From Phoronis australis (taxonomy: Eukaryota; Animalia; Phoronida), in NCBI GenBank assembly GCA_002633005.1, contig NMRA01000597.1:53988-117987 (forward strand): a stretch of 64,000 nucleotides of DNA. The letters are read 5' to 3'. The notes below the pieces were generated by a model. It was not told the DNA's origin. It was given only the letters and a program-made list of their open reading frames with translations, and did not search any database. Positions 49,521 to 62,629 of the stretch are shown in pieces. The translations under genes and the position numbers were made by a program. Position 1 is the first letter of the stretch; the number at the start of each line of letters is the position of its first letter.

Positions 49521-51005
49521 CACATTAATTTTACGACAAAGTCTGGGTGCACCTCAAGTTGAAACTTCAGGGTTCAGTCCGTTTCTACGGTTTAACCGAT
49601 TTAGTTTAGCTTCCGCGATAACTTGTCAACACTGATGCTAGAAGTTTGGTAACAGCCGATATTTAAGGATGAAATATATGTTTGGGAAGAACTCATTTGG
49701 CACTCCGCCTTGTAAACTGAAGAGTTCTGTTCTTAACATGAAGGAAGTGGAAGGGCAATGTCACATATTTGTACGTACGATGAAAGCAAGAACTTTCGTG
49801 AACCTTCCCCGGCCCCTTATTGACCCAATCGAGATTATACCACAAATATAACAAAGCCAAATTGCCCAGTCACTTGCGATGTAACCTGCTCAATTTTTTA
49901 AGAGCCATTCTACGAGAAAAAAACTGCTCTAGCGGTCATGGAGTCAGCTTTAACTTCGTGGTGTGGCTGTGACACTCTTGTTGACCTCTTACTAATCTAT
50001 AGGCTTCAAGTATTCAAGAAGAAAATAACACATTTTTGCGTACCGAAAACAGAGACTTTAGGCTGTTGTTACTCATCCACTAATTTGCGTTCTTGCGACA
50101 TATCTAGTCCGAAAAATAACCGGCAGGTAGTCATCGAACCCGCGTCTAGTAAGTGACGAACAGGCTCTCTCCAACCACAGTTACAGTATGCCTACACGTA
50201 GTTTCAGCATTAAGCTAAAATTCTACAGTAAGGTTTTACTCGACTCGACTATTCGAGCATCTGTGCATTTTACAACGCTTACTATATAATTGGACAGGTC
50301 TATATAATTTCCCAAGTACTGGTTTCATCTAATTTTAACGTAATGCTAAGACCGCGCACCCCATATTGGGTGTATCTCGTAATTGAAAATCGTCCAGAAA
50401 CGAATAAATTACCCCGCTATGGCGAACTTCTCTTTTTGGAAACAGTACAGGAAACAGTTGACAGGGTGCGTCTCGAGTTGCCCAAAGGTCAAACAGCATA
50501 AAAATTGGTGACATCTAGGACTACGATAATGAAATAATCCCAGGTGATAATCGTTTGCTTTAATCGAACAGGATTAAAGAATAAACTAAATGAGCAAGCG
50601 ACACCTGGCGAGTAAGGAATATTTCTGTAACAGGAATCGGAGAGTGCAGCACCGATCTACTATTTTACTTTTTCGACTGTGTTTCGTTTCCAAAAGTGTT
50701 CATAGAGCTGTGCACTTTTTAGTTTGTTCGTATCGCAAGCTAAAGAACCGTGGTTGTATCTTATAAGGAGAGATCGAGTAGAAACAGGTTGCAAAACTAC
50801 AAATTTACAATACTTATCCGCTGGTCTCCGTCATCGTCATCCTCAATTATTTTTGTTTGTGTCGATTAATATCGGTCACGCCTCCAAAGCCAAATATTTC
50901 AAAGTAAAAGTCAAATTTTGAAAGTTACATTTGAAGCCAAAAGTTTACGTTAAGGTTGAGATTCTTGTCGATAGAAAATTGACCCGATGAAATCCGACTT
51001 ATAGT

Positions 51006-52383
51006 AATAAAAATAAAATAATAAACTTTATTTATACATTTAAAAACATGTTTTAGCCAAAGGCTAATTTACAACAATAAATTAAATTTGAAAAATTATG
51101 GTACATTGAATTAAGTTACATTAAATTAAATGAATATTTTACCAATTAAATTTACAAATTGAATTAAAACTGTTAAAACTTTATAAGGTATATACAATAA
51201 ATTTTAGTGAAAACAAATGACCGAAAATGAAGAGAGGGACAGCCATGATGACCACATCCAAGGTAACTGTGTCTGAAGTCATAACCATCAGCCCCCTTTA
51301 GACTATTTGGTAAATCGTTCCACTGTCGAATGTCTTGAATTGAAAAGGACTAAGGGTTTGACAAAGTTCCGCGTCTGTGGACAGCAAAATTGTTTGAGGA
51401 AGAAAAGCCTGGTCCTGATTTGATGGCTGCTTCGAACGAGTAATAAGTTATGAGATAAATGAGCTGGTACATTATTGTGAACACGCCTATGCATCATACA
51501 CAAACGTCAACAGGCAGCCATCCCAGTCTCCGAAACATATGAGTTGATTGAGTGTCAAAAGGCACACCGAGAATAAGTCTGTCCGCCTGCTTCTGAGTCT
51601 TCAATAAACAGGAAACCAGTATTTTGTATTGCATCCTGATCACACAGTACTGAAATAAATGAAGAGAGGAAATACACAGGCAGTGAAATATTTCAGACGC
51701 CTTCTGTGGGAAGAAATGGTGATATGCACCGGAGAAGACCAAGACGCAGTGCCATTAATATAAGATCGGCGAGGGTCTTGTCAACAGTGACACCCAATAG
51801 TTTTTCAAAGTTAACCTGTTTGAGCTGCACACCCGAAATAGCCAGTTCAAGGTCACTTCTACTATGAGGCAATACTCATACATTTTGTTTTTTTTTTCAG
51901 TATTAATTACCATTTTGTTATCAAAACACCGGGTAGCAACTTTATCCAAATCAGACTAAAGTCTTTTCTTTACAGGGACCAGTGAGTTTGCCACAACAAA
52001 GTTATTCGAATCGTTTGCATACTTGTCAACCGTGCTATAGCAGACCAAAGAGATCATTTATAAAAAGCAAAAACAGCAGAGGTCCCAGGATGGATCCCTG
52101 GGAGACACCGTTTGTGATACCTCGGGACTCAGACAGATGTCCACTAAAGGATACAACATGGCACCTCCGTAAGAGGTATGATCCAAACCAGTCCAGTGAA
52201 ACGTTGTCAATCCTGTAAACCCGTAGGCTTGTTTAAAAGTATATCAGGATCAACAAGATCAAAAGCATTTTTAAAATTCAAAAATATGACACCAACGTTG
52301 TGACCACTATCTATACCCTGAACCCAGCCGTTAACAATATTAATGAGGGCAGTTTCACAGGAGTGGTCACTTCTGAAACTAGA
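51006..52383 (-). mobile_element. CR1/L2-type LINE, 5'-truncated RT relic
   Basis: HSCETALINIVNGW...VGVIFLNFKNAFDLVD...LDWFGSYL...GVSQGSILGPLLFLLFINDL...MFRRLGWLPV, with frameshifts; AATAAA and an AT-rich tail near 51006-51035. Confidence 0.9.
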
Positions 52384-53334
52384 AAACTGTTACAAAATGC
52401 GCTAATTTAGGGGTTTAAGAGTTACTGCATGAGAAACTCAGGCAGATGCGGGAACATGACATGTCACAGACTTTTTGAAATATAGTTTATTTTTATATTA
52501 GGTGGAATGGTCAACACCTAAAGTGGTTGTGTTTAAAAATCTAACTTTTTCGCAAATTGCCTTCTCGGAATTTTTGGCTACTTTATGACTTCGGAAACCA
52601 TCAAATTTTAGCATTTTTGCTGCATCACTGCAACAACGACAAATTAACAAGAATGACGTACTGAATAAACACAAGTTGTATCATCTACGTGAAAATGTAA
52701 AAACCATAGTATTCACAATTTAGCTATTTCTTTTACTTTTTCAACCCACCTTAGTCGATCTGTGTACCTGGTGGAAATACCCTTCATTCGATCGCTATTT
52801 CTTTTACGGCGCAGAAAAGTAACATACTAAAGGTGGAAACTCATCCTTTGTAAAGTATACATATGTTAAAACACTCGTAGACAGCGACCTGTGCGTCCTG
52901 CATGCTTCGGATTGAAACCACCCACTTTGATAATATCGGTCGTCTTGTACACCATTATGGTCACAGTCCCATTAACAAACCAACAAAGTCCTTATGACTT
53001 AAGTGTAACAATAAACGATTTCAACACTATCATTAAGTTTTGCCAGAGCTTAAAATCTGAATTACATTAAAATTCTTGCGGCTGATGCTCAGAACTCTAC
53101 ATTGAAAACTGGAATTACGGCATCAAAGCCATTACATTTGTCGGTCCCGAAATGTCTGCTTTGGCGTCTAGTGACGTTTAGTTTTTTCCCAAAATGGGAA
53201 AGTAGAGACAACCAAAAATCATTGATGATTGACTGGTTTTTACTAACTATACCTTTTAAGTACAGAAGACCCACGGGGAGCACTAATCCTGTAAAGGTGT
53301 AAAGCTTCCGGGTAGCATTTTTGTTGCTCATCTG

Positions 53335-53483
53335 GGCCCGGTTTCATAAAAGTTATACGCCGCATAGCAACAATGACGTCGCATTATCATGCGCCAACTT
53401 GTAATTGTGAAACAATGCTCCTGACGTCATGCAACAATCAGACTTATCTAGCGGATAACTTTGAAGTTTTATGCAACCCAGCC
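53335..53483. mobile_element. Harbinger-type MITE
   Basis: TIR GGCCCGGTTTCATAAAA / TTTTATGCAACCCAGCC; flanks CTG and TAG. Confidence 0.65.
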
Positions 53484-54655
53484 TAGATGGCGTACCGGTT
53501 TACCGAGTCGTAAAATGAACCTTCTTGTGAACAAGTACGGTTGTATTCAAATAAAACACAGATCCATGACAATATTTTAAGGTAGAGCCAAACGGGTGAA
53601 TTTGAAAAATCCTGCATTTTTGGTGAACCTTTCAATGCATGGAAAACGTGTAACGGCTATTGCTATTTCTATTGGAGCTTTCGCCAACCTCCACTCAACA
53701 GTTCCTGAAGCAAGGTTTCAGCCAGTTGTTTTTACAATCATCATCAGGACTTCCTTTTTGGCGATGGCGGTTGCAAAGTAAATGCCTGAAACGTAGATCC
53801 GATGAAGCGTTGCAGGTTCAGGTGAGAATGGACCAGAAGATTCTAACCGTGATTATAAAACATCATTACCACAATATGAATTCGAGATGTACATGAAAAT
53901 ACTATATAGGGCTAAGAATGTCATTGGTTCATCTGAGCATTCCGATTTAGATCAGATATAAACCACTAGCAGATAAAGCATTTCAAAACATGTGCTTGCA
54001 GTAGTAAACTGCTGACAGGGTAAGGCCTTGATATCTTCATATTTTCGAAGCAGTGTGGGAGAGGTGCACAAACATTCCAAATCATCTATGTAAAATACTG
54101 ACCAAGGAACTTGGACTGAGTTTGTTAAACTCCCATAGAAGATTTTGATGCAGTACATGCTATGGATTTGGAAATAAACACAGACCACGAAAATGTGAAC
54201 TTATTTGAAGTATGGTATAGGTGATGTTAAGTGTTTCATCATCTAATATACATGGAAACTCTGACTTGCAACATAGAAAAACATATTGGTACAGTATTTA
54301 TTACACGGAAAGTTTGTACACCTTAGCCTGTGGCTGTGGTTGACATCGAATTATAGATAGGACACTTTAGTTTCCCACCTGTAAGTTGATTATAGTGCAT
54401 ATGAGTATTATACAAGTGTGGTTGTTAAAGTTGGTGCTCAATGTTTAACTTTCCGAGATCGAGATTAGTGATCAAAAGAAGTAAAAATAAAACCATACTC
54501 TCCCACACACTGTCAACGTCATACAAAAACAGAAGTAACGCAAAACGCTGATATGCGCCCACGACTGCAACTCTAAAAGTTTGCTTCCAGGTATGTCCAT
54601 AATATACAATATATTCAATAAAAACACTAGGTGATACAGCATACATTTTATCCAT

Positions 54656-55360
54656 GCGCGTTGAATCTGTCGAGGGAAATTTGGCCATATAATAAAGTTT
54701 TCCGTATTCACCTAGCACACTACTTCAACAGCGACCCCTGACATGGAAAGCTCAAAAGGTAGGTCAATGTCGACTCCACGTCTCCAACCGCATCGATCAT
54801 CAAACTTTCCGAATATAGCTTAAAGTAATACAGTTGCAGCAGTGTAACTAACACTCGACATGCAACCAGGCCCTAAAGGTAAAATCTGGAAAAAATGTTA
54901 ATTATAAGACACTTATGTCTCAGTTTTCAATTGATGAATACTATATCGTCTTCAACTCAGGCGCCGATTCCTAGGAAATTAAAATATCAAATATCAGGCT
55001 GTTTTTTTTAACTATTTCCAGATGTTACAAGCTCACTGCACATGCAGTTGCCGTTGTTTTCATCTTTGCTACCTCTTTTCAAAAAATAAATCGTTCCTTT
55101 TAAAACTTGCAACCTAACGCGCAAGTACATACATACAGGATGTGATCCTCCACGTGAACAGTCTGGGTGAAGTATTTGAAAAATCTGCCGAAAAAAATGT
55201 AAGAAACTTGGGGTTTGGAAGCGCATCGGATAAATACAAAACGTACCTCGATTAGCGTACATGAAGCACTATCCCGCTCGACCTCATCCGCGTATCGCGG
55301 AATAATGTCTCGTGGGATATTACTTCATGTACGCCACTCTCGGTACGTTTTGTGTGTATA
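54656..55360 (+). repeat. Dispersed repeat of about 700 bp (copy 2)
   Basis: Colinear with 28163-28860. Confidence 0.85.
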
Positions 55361-55564
55361 TTCATCTGAAACAAGACAACCACTGTCATGTTCTCGACAA
55401 AGATTGACAAAATTCTGTCCATCAAGATACTTGGTAGAGAACCACTAAAGATCCCACAGCACTCAGACATGACTTAAAACTCACGCCGGCCGTACCCTCC
55501 TCAATAATCATTATGTAACACATACAGATTTATCAAAAGGACTGTATAGATAATGGGCAGAGGT

Positions 55565-56252
55565 AAACAAACAAATTGCCACTCCGGGCACCACGACAGA
55601 CCCATCAGAAAACTTGTCAGTCATAATCATCTCAATAGGAACACATGAGCAAAATTTCTCAACTATTCTCCAAGCACTTTAACGGACAGAGAGCTCGTTT
55701 CCAGAAATAATAACCTTTAGTGGCACAGAATAATTTGAATCTAGTCGAAAATGGCAACTTGTCCTCGTTTCCTCAACAGAAACAAATTTGCCATATTGCA
55801 CGAAAATACATCAAGAAACTTGGTAGACATAGAGGTAACCATAAAGAAATCCTAAATTGTCATTAGGGAGCACCATAGGAGATAGTCCAATCAACAATCA
55901 ATGTCAGGTGTTCTTGTTTCAATGGCAACATTTCCATATAGATTACGGAACATAGACCTACGCCAGGAAATTGAAAAGTGTAATCGTCTCCATAACTGAA
56001 ACCTATTTGAGAAATTTCATGAAAATCCGTTAAGTTACTTGCTAGATATAGAGACTAACATGAAGAAGTAAAATTGTCACTAGGGGCCCAGTGGTAGTCA
56101 AATACATCCCAAATATTCTCTTGTGTCATCCCATCTGTGAAATTTTACATCCACCAAGAGTTTGGTGATGCAGCAGTGGAAGCCAAACAAAAATACGGGG
56201 ATGACAGCATTATAAGCCCAACGCACATGCTTGCATGCACGCAGTCATATAG
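55565..56252. repeat. Possible decayed HINE-like element
   Basis: Starts AACAAACAA, has internal diverged subrepeats (GAAAATACATCAAG / GAAAATCCGTTAAG; AAATTGTCA(T/C)TAGGG) and a terminal hairpin CATGCTTGCATG. Confidence 0.35.
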
Positions 56253-56587
56253 AACAAAGCAAAAGTAGTCAGACGATTTACACGTTTCCCCTTCATTTTC
56301 ACTCCCTACGGACGACCAGTGACCACTGAGTTTGACGACGAATTCTACTTCTGCCTAGCCGTCCTGGCAAGGAATTCTGGATCATTTTGGCTGAGTACTT
56401 TTGGCTTGCATTGTATATGAATGAAATTCTAATGAGCTAGGAACGACAGTTAAAGCGACACTCTCGGCATGAGAAGCAATTTACGGAAAATACCTTGGAA
56501 TCAAACTCACTAGCAGTATTACTTCATAGCAATAGACACACGGTAAGGTGCACAACAAGAATACAATAACACTGATGATTACGATCT

Positions 56588-58752
56588 TCACGGACACTGC
56601 TCGAGATATTCCAGCAGAAGTTCTATGAGTGTGTTCTTCCATTTCAACTGTGAAGGAACAGTGATGCCTAAATACTGGCAAACAGCCCTTAAGTGTGCTA
56701 CTTTCAGCTTGTTCAAAGTCTTCTGTTGTGACAGGTGACACAAATCAAAGTTCTGAAACGTTACAGGGTGGGACACTACCGTTTGGTCAAACACACAAGC
56801 ACGCATCACAGCAAGTTCGATTGCCTGTGCAATAGTGGCATCATCTTCATCAGACTCTGAGCTGTATGCTCAGCGCTTCTTCTGAGCAGCAAGTCTCTTA
56901 AAGAAGTATCCGATTTGCTTTGATGTGAGCCATTCTTCTGGTGCAAATCTCAACTGGCTAATGCCTTTCTTTGCGGTTCTCGTCTGGTTAGATTTCGTCA
57001 GTTTTCGTGCCTTTATCGAACCCGTCATTCAAAAACATCTTTAAGTTTTCATTCTTTCAGACCTTCGTCCTGATTTCAGAGCCCAAGCCATTGTGCTATG
57101 TGAATTTCCTGCTGTTTGGGTACTTGCTGTTTGCATGTTTACGCAAAAACCCATAAGATAATATATGTTATCTAGTCCAATGGCAGGATACCTGAACAAC
57201 AATGGTCAAATATTCGTGAACACCACTAATACACCTAATTCTAAGCCAACCCCCGTTCAAACACAACAAACACGGCTTTGGCAATCAAAACCACAGTTCA
57301 AAAACCCATGTGCATGAAGAAGAGAGCGTGAAGAGTGTTTATGATCACTGAAGTTGTGTTGGTGAGCTATGGTTCTCAGTGAATGCAAGACCAGGAGCCA
57401 TGTTTTTGGATGAGTAGCCATGTTTTGTGAACTCACGAATTGAGTTTACAAATCCAGAAGCTGTGTTCATAAGTGATAAACTTGTGCTGTTCGAGTACTC
57501 TGATTCATACATTAATCCACGTCAAAAAAATCCAACCTAAATTTGTGGGAATTTCCAAGACATGGCTAAAGGGGCTGTTGAGTATCATGTTCCACAACAG
57601 CTTAACATTTTGTTGGGTTGTAATATAGAACACCACACAGCACATTTCCATGTTGACTATAACGTCAACTAAGAACAGCCAGTGACTAAAATGCATAACA
57701 AAGGTTATATAATGCCAAATTTATGGATTTTTGATTCCAACAGGCATGCAATTAGATCATGAACTTCACCTTCTGTTTCAATACCAATGACTTTGGCAGC
57801 CAACTTTCCTCGTATAACATCATAGCCACGATCTTCAGGGCTTGTTGGCTGTTTATCATGCCGCCCATGCTAACATGCTGCTCAAGTTTCTTTCGAGTTG
57901 CAAAAGTGCTGTTACAGCCATCTTCTAGACACACAGGAACATCTTTTTCTTTCGATTGCTAGCACTGGTTAGACGTTTCAACGAGGATGCAGCAGGACAT
58001 TCCTCAGCCAAAAGTTCCACTGGTTTGCAATCAGAATTTGGATTCTTCAAAAGCATCCCATCTCCCACATGCTTTAAAAGCAACCAATTTTCCTGTTTAA
58101 ATAGGTAAATTAGTAGTAAGCATTAGAATATGAGTCCTTTTTAAGCAATAAGCTAGGAAAGAATTTTCAACTCATGAGTGGCCATAAACCCATCAGGTCT
58201 TCCGTCACAAATTTAACTTCTGTTTTAGACCACATGTAGTTTTGGAACTGATTCTCAGAGTGTATGACTAATTACAGAGCGATTTCTGAGTAAACTCGGA
58301 ACAATCCAAATAGTTTATGTAATTGCATACAGTCCGTATTTTGAATTGTTATGTAATTCATCTTCAGATGAGAAGTTACTTATTTGATTCGTTCCTGGTA
58401 ATGAGTGCTGAACATTCTTTGCATTCCTCGGGCTGCAAACGCACACCTTACAGCCTGGATATTGGCAGTTGACTGAATAAAAATCAGTAGTAAACTGCAT
58501 ACGGTACCTTGGATATGTGATCTTTTGTTCTAACAGGCTGTCCACACTCCCATTTGTGTCAAATTGCCAATCAACTCCCATTCTTTCAAGGGATCTGGTG
58601 CGTTGACACTTCAGGTATTTGACAATATCTCTGTTGCAGGTTAATGCAAGTTTAAGTTCTTTTTCGATATTCGCAGCTTTAGAAAATGTGGAACAAGGCG
58701 CCGAGACCTCAAAGAACGAGCATTGAATCAGTGGCTCGTTGGCCACCCCCAT
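56588..58752 (-). pseudogene. Sola3-like transposase relic, internally deleted
   Basis: Ordered fragments: CSFF...LTCNRDIVKYL...MGVDW; LPGTNQISNFS; CLEDGCNSTFATRKKLEQHV (C2H2); AWALK; RFAPEEWLTSKQIGYFFKRLAAQKK; HPVTFQNFDLC...LRAVCQYLG...EQCP. The superfamily name is recalled from similar proteins; the catalytic core is not seen. Confidence 0.55.
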
Positions 58753-59465
58753 TTTGCTTCAGAGCATGACCTATTTTCGTGAACCTCATTCCGTTTCTTA
58801 GCTAAATGTCAATAACGCAATATTTCGCTGAAGCAACGCTCGCACCAATTCTGGTTATGTTGAATAAAATTTATGTGATTTCTTCCTTACAATTTGCTTC
58901 CAATTTGGATCATATTCTTCATATTTCCTGCTTTGACGCCGTCTATTGGTGGCAGTATGAAAGAGGTGAATGTGGTGAAAGTGCCTTCGCTAAAATGTAA
59001 ATTAGAGAATTAAAAAGGTGCTGTTCACAAAAATAAAGATATCATGTCAAAGACGAGAGCTGTAGCTATCACACTATCTATATGTTTATGGTGAGCAATT
59101 TTGCGCTCTTATGTAGGCCCCTAACTAAAGGGGAAGCTGTCTTTGGCAAGGCATTCAAAAATTCTTTAAAAATATTAAAACATGTCATTGTGATTTATTT
59201 TTGACAATCTCAATTTCAAAATGGATAGGCCTAGTAGTTAAGCCCCTCAATCATAGTTCCCACTGAAACATAGGTCATTTTCAACAGTCGCGCACAAGGG
59301 GTTATGGCCAATTTCTCACCCGATGTAGTTATTCGTTATACATTTATTAATTGACGAAAGACAAAACTATTGTGTAGATTTTTGGAGCGAATCAATCCGA
59401 AGTGATATGTATACTATATCATGACATGTCATGTTCCCAGAATATTACAAATTGCTTGACATTCC

Positions 59466-59793
59466 CAGTGGCGGATTTAGGGGGGATCAAGGGGGCCATG
59501 CCCCCCCCTTAAAGTTCTACCAGATACCATTTGGGAGTTCGGGTGCGAATTGCTGACTAGCACATGCACGCAACCAGGGGAGCTCGGGGGGTGAAGAAAC
59601 TATGCATAGGCCCTGAACAACCCCGTTACCGTTTTTTTTATTTTGCTGTTTTTTAGTCAACAGGTCCGCAAACCCAAAAATTCGAGACCCTTGCATCCCC
59701 ACACTTTAAGCTGGGCGCGCGCATCTGTCAAAATTCTGATTATTCCTGCAACCTGCCCCCTCCCACCAACTCAAAATCCTGGATCCGCCCCTG
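59466..59793. mobile_element. MITE, CAGTGGCGGAT family, with a nested MITE
   Basis: CAGTGGCGGATTTAGG / CCTGGATCCGCCCCTG; flanks ATTCC and ATTCT. Confidence 0.85.
59563..59725. mobile_element. MITE, CATGCGCGCACCCAG family (nested, degenerate)
   Basis: CATGCACGCAACCAG / CTGGGCGCGCGCATC; internal AATTCGAGACCC as in the other copies. Confidence 0.7.
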
Positions 59794-60769
59794 ATTCTCA
59801 TGCACTGACACACCAAAAACCAAATAAAATATACCATGAAATTTCGTCATCAGAAGTGCCAAATATTGGATTTAGGTAACAGACACCCAGTATATAATGT
59901 ACCAGGCCAGTTCTTCGGTACATTTACATTGTATCGCACGGCTCATTCACTAGATGTCGTTCCCGGCCGTAACATTTCCAAGAAAAAGTCGCCTCCGTTC
60001 AAGGCTGGTGTGAACATAGAAACTTATATTTTTGTTATAGCATCGATTGCTTTGTTACAAGTCTGTCTAGAAGTAAGTTTTGTCAGCTTGGGCGTTGCAA
60101 ACCGATACACTTACTATCTCGCTGCGCAAGTTAACCGCAATTTTAGCCTGAGATTAAGCCCTAGCTCGAGTTTGATCTAACAGCATATCGTGAAACAAGG
60201 GTTGGTATGAATCACTGGCTATAAATTGTTTGCTGGCAAATATGCGAGTGGTTAATTGGTACAACGTGGCATTTTTTTTTCTTATTTAAATACCGATATT
60301 GAATGTTCCGTAGACACCGTGACGATCGAGAACTGAGCGAAAAGGCAAAACTTAGCGAGATATTGCCTTATATAACTTGACGGCAGAATGGCGATTCTTG
60401 ACCGAGCACCTTTTGTATGACGGGCTACATCACGGTGGCTGACGTCACACTGATTTGCCACAGGCGTCACACTGATTTGCCACAGGTCACGAGTGTTCAC
60501 CAACCAGGAAGTGTGGGCATACATGTAGTTTATCAAGTGTTTCCACTTAGAATACACGGCGATATTTCACGTAATCTCGCGAAGTCTTGCATTTTAGCGA
60601 AGTCCTAGCATTACTTAACTCTACCCAGTTTTTGATCATATTTGTTTTTGGCCAAAATATGAGCAAGAACTTGAAAATCAGCGCATACGTAAACAATGAC
60701 AACCTGTTAGCCGACATTTCGGTTTATTATCATTAAACCATGTTCTTCACAATACTCCAGTCAGGTAAC

Positions 60770-61010
60770 ACAGGAGAACGTACAGTCTACACCGAAATAG
60801 ATAATTATGAGGAGAGAGACCAGAAGTCAACACAGTTGGAGCTCAAATGAACCAAAGAACACACAGTGCCGTTCTTAATCATGCATTGATTACTGGTCAC
60901 ACTATCATAGATTACTTTGATGTTCAGATCTTGGACACTGAGGACAATACTACCCCAACAAGAGGCTATGCAAATAGGGCTAAATCACCATGAGCGCTAT
61001 TTGAAAAGAA
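60770..61010 (+). mobile_element. Penelope-like GIY-YIG endonuclease relic
   Basis: HSAVLNHALITGHTIIDYFDVQILDTEDN...EAMQI resembles the C-terminal half of Penelope GIY-YIG domains. Confidence 0.6.
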
Positions 61011-61700
61011 GCAGTGGTTCAAATGAGTTCCAACTTTACACAACCTGAAATATGAACAGTGTAATGGGCCAAAGTCTTCAAAACCCTTGCACAAAGTCCA
61101 CTGAAACTGATTCAAAAGTCAATTTTCCCACCCAACTATACTGGAGGTGTAGCCGGCTACTTAAAAAGACGAGCAAAAATTCCCCACATCAGCAGTTTTC
61201 ACCCACAAAAATCAAATGAAAAGTGGGTGTCGATCAGCCAGATTGATTTATCACAAATCCAAAATGTCTGAAGGACATCTGAATTTTCTGCTAACTTTCA
61301 CGGGCAAATCACAATCAAGGTCCATACTCGGTGGTCACTTATGGTGAAAAATGAAGGTTGTCATATATCTGTAAAAGCTGGGTTATTTTAAAGTACCATC
61401 ATTCCAGGTTTGTAATATAAAATATTTTTGCTCAAGAAACACCGAATAAAATTTTATGGCCTAATGCATCACAGTTGTATAAAAGGGTACGCACACTACA
61501 ACTTGTAGTCAAAGCCCACTTCTGCCATGCAAAATTTCATAAGGTAGGTGTTGATTTAACAAGTTCTTGATCAAATTGAGGAAGTATCGCATACTAAAGT
61601 AAGAAAAGTTATTACCGTGCTGATCAAGTTGTTCTAGATGATGATACATTGCATGTCTTAACACAGTATAATGAGAACTTTTTCTCTTGCAATATGATTC

Positions 61701-62435
61701 TGTCACGTTTTCCCCGTGTGTGGGTGGGCGCAGGTTGTTACAGACCGGTGCTAATAGCTTTCGGTGGAACTATTGACTGAAGACTGGTTCGAGTTAATCC
61801 TTTATTAATCCCGTTCACAAGCCTACTCAAACAAAATGACCGACGTAATATCTGTTCTATGCTTCAGCCAGTGTTGCGAAGCCTTGACATGTGATGAACT
61901 TCTGAGACACGTTCAGCAACTGTTACACTCGTTGATTCAATAACCTGCTGTCTCTATAGCTGGCTCTCTATTGACTATAGCTGTAACTGCTGATTCTCTT
62001 CACTGCAACTCAACTGTAGTTCTCCTGATTAACTTTCTTGAACTTTCTTGATCTTGCTGACTTGATCTGACAAACACAAAGCGTGAGGCTTGTGTATTTA
62101 TAACCTAATACATTGTTCTTGAACTTTACATCAATTCATGCACATTCTAGAACTTTCCTGAATGTACCCAATCATTCTACAAACATGTACTAGTCCCTAG
62201 AATATTCCGGACTGCATAAATCACTGTCATGCTAGAGTCTTCTAGAAAGTTACACACTATACTGCAGTAAACAAATTACATCATCACTACTGAACTCAGT
62301 TTACTAGAAAGTTCCATACTATTCTGTAGTAAACAAATTACATCTCATTGTACTTAACTCAGGGGTCATTCCAATCAAGCTGAATAACAAAACAAAATAA
62401 TACAACTAATAATACTGTCAGACTATATTCTGACA
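61701..62435 (-). mobile_element. 3' LTR (735 bp) of a Gypsy element
   Basis: TGTCA...TGACA ends; purine-rich PPT-like tract GGCAGGGGTGTGT directly upstream on the minus strand; TATAAATA (about 62096-62103) and AATAAA (about 61801-61806) on the minus strand. Confidence 0.85.
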
Positions 62436-62629
62436 ACACACCCCTGCCAGATGATTTTGTGTTGCAAAATTACAGAGTAATTTTCTATAACAAAATCATC
62501 TGGCATATATATATATATACATAACTTACTGCTGTATCCGCCGCTAAAGTGCTCCCTGACTTGCAGTCTCTGCTTCTCAACTTAAGTAGTCTTACCTGAA
62601 AGCGTTGAACAGCGAACACTCTTTCTCTT

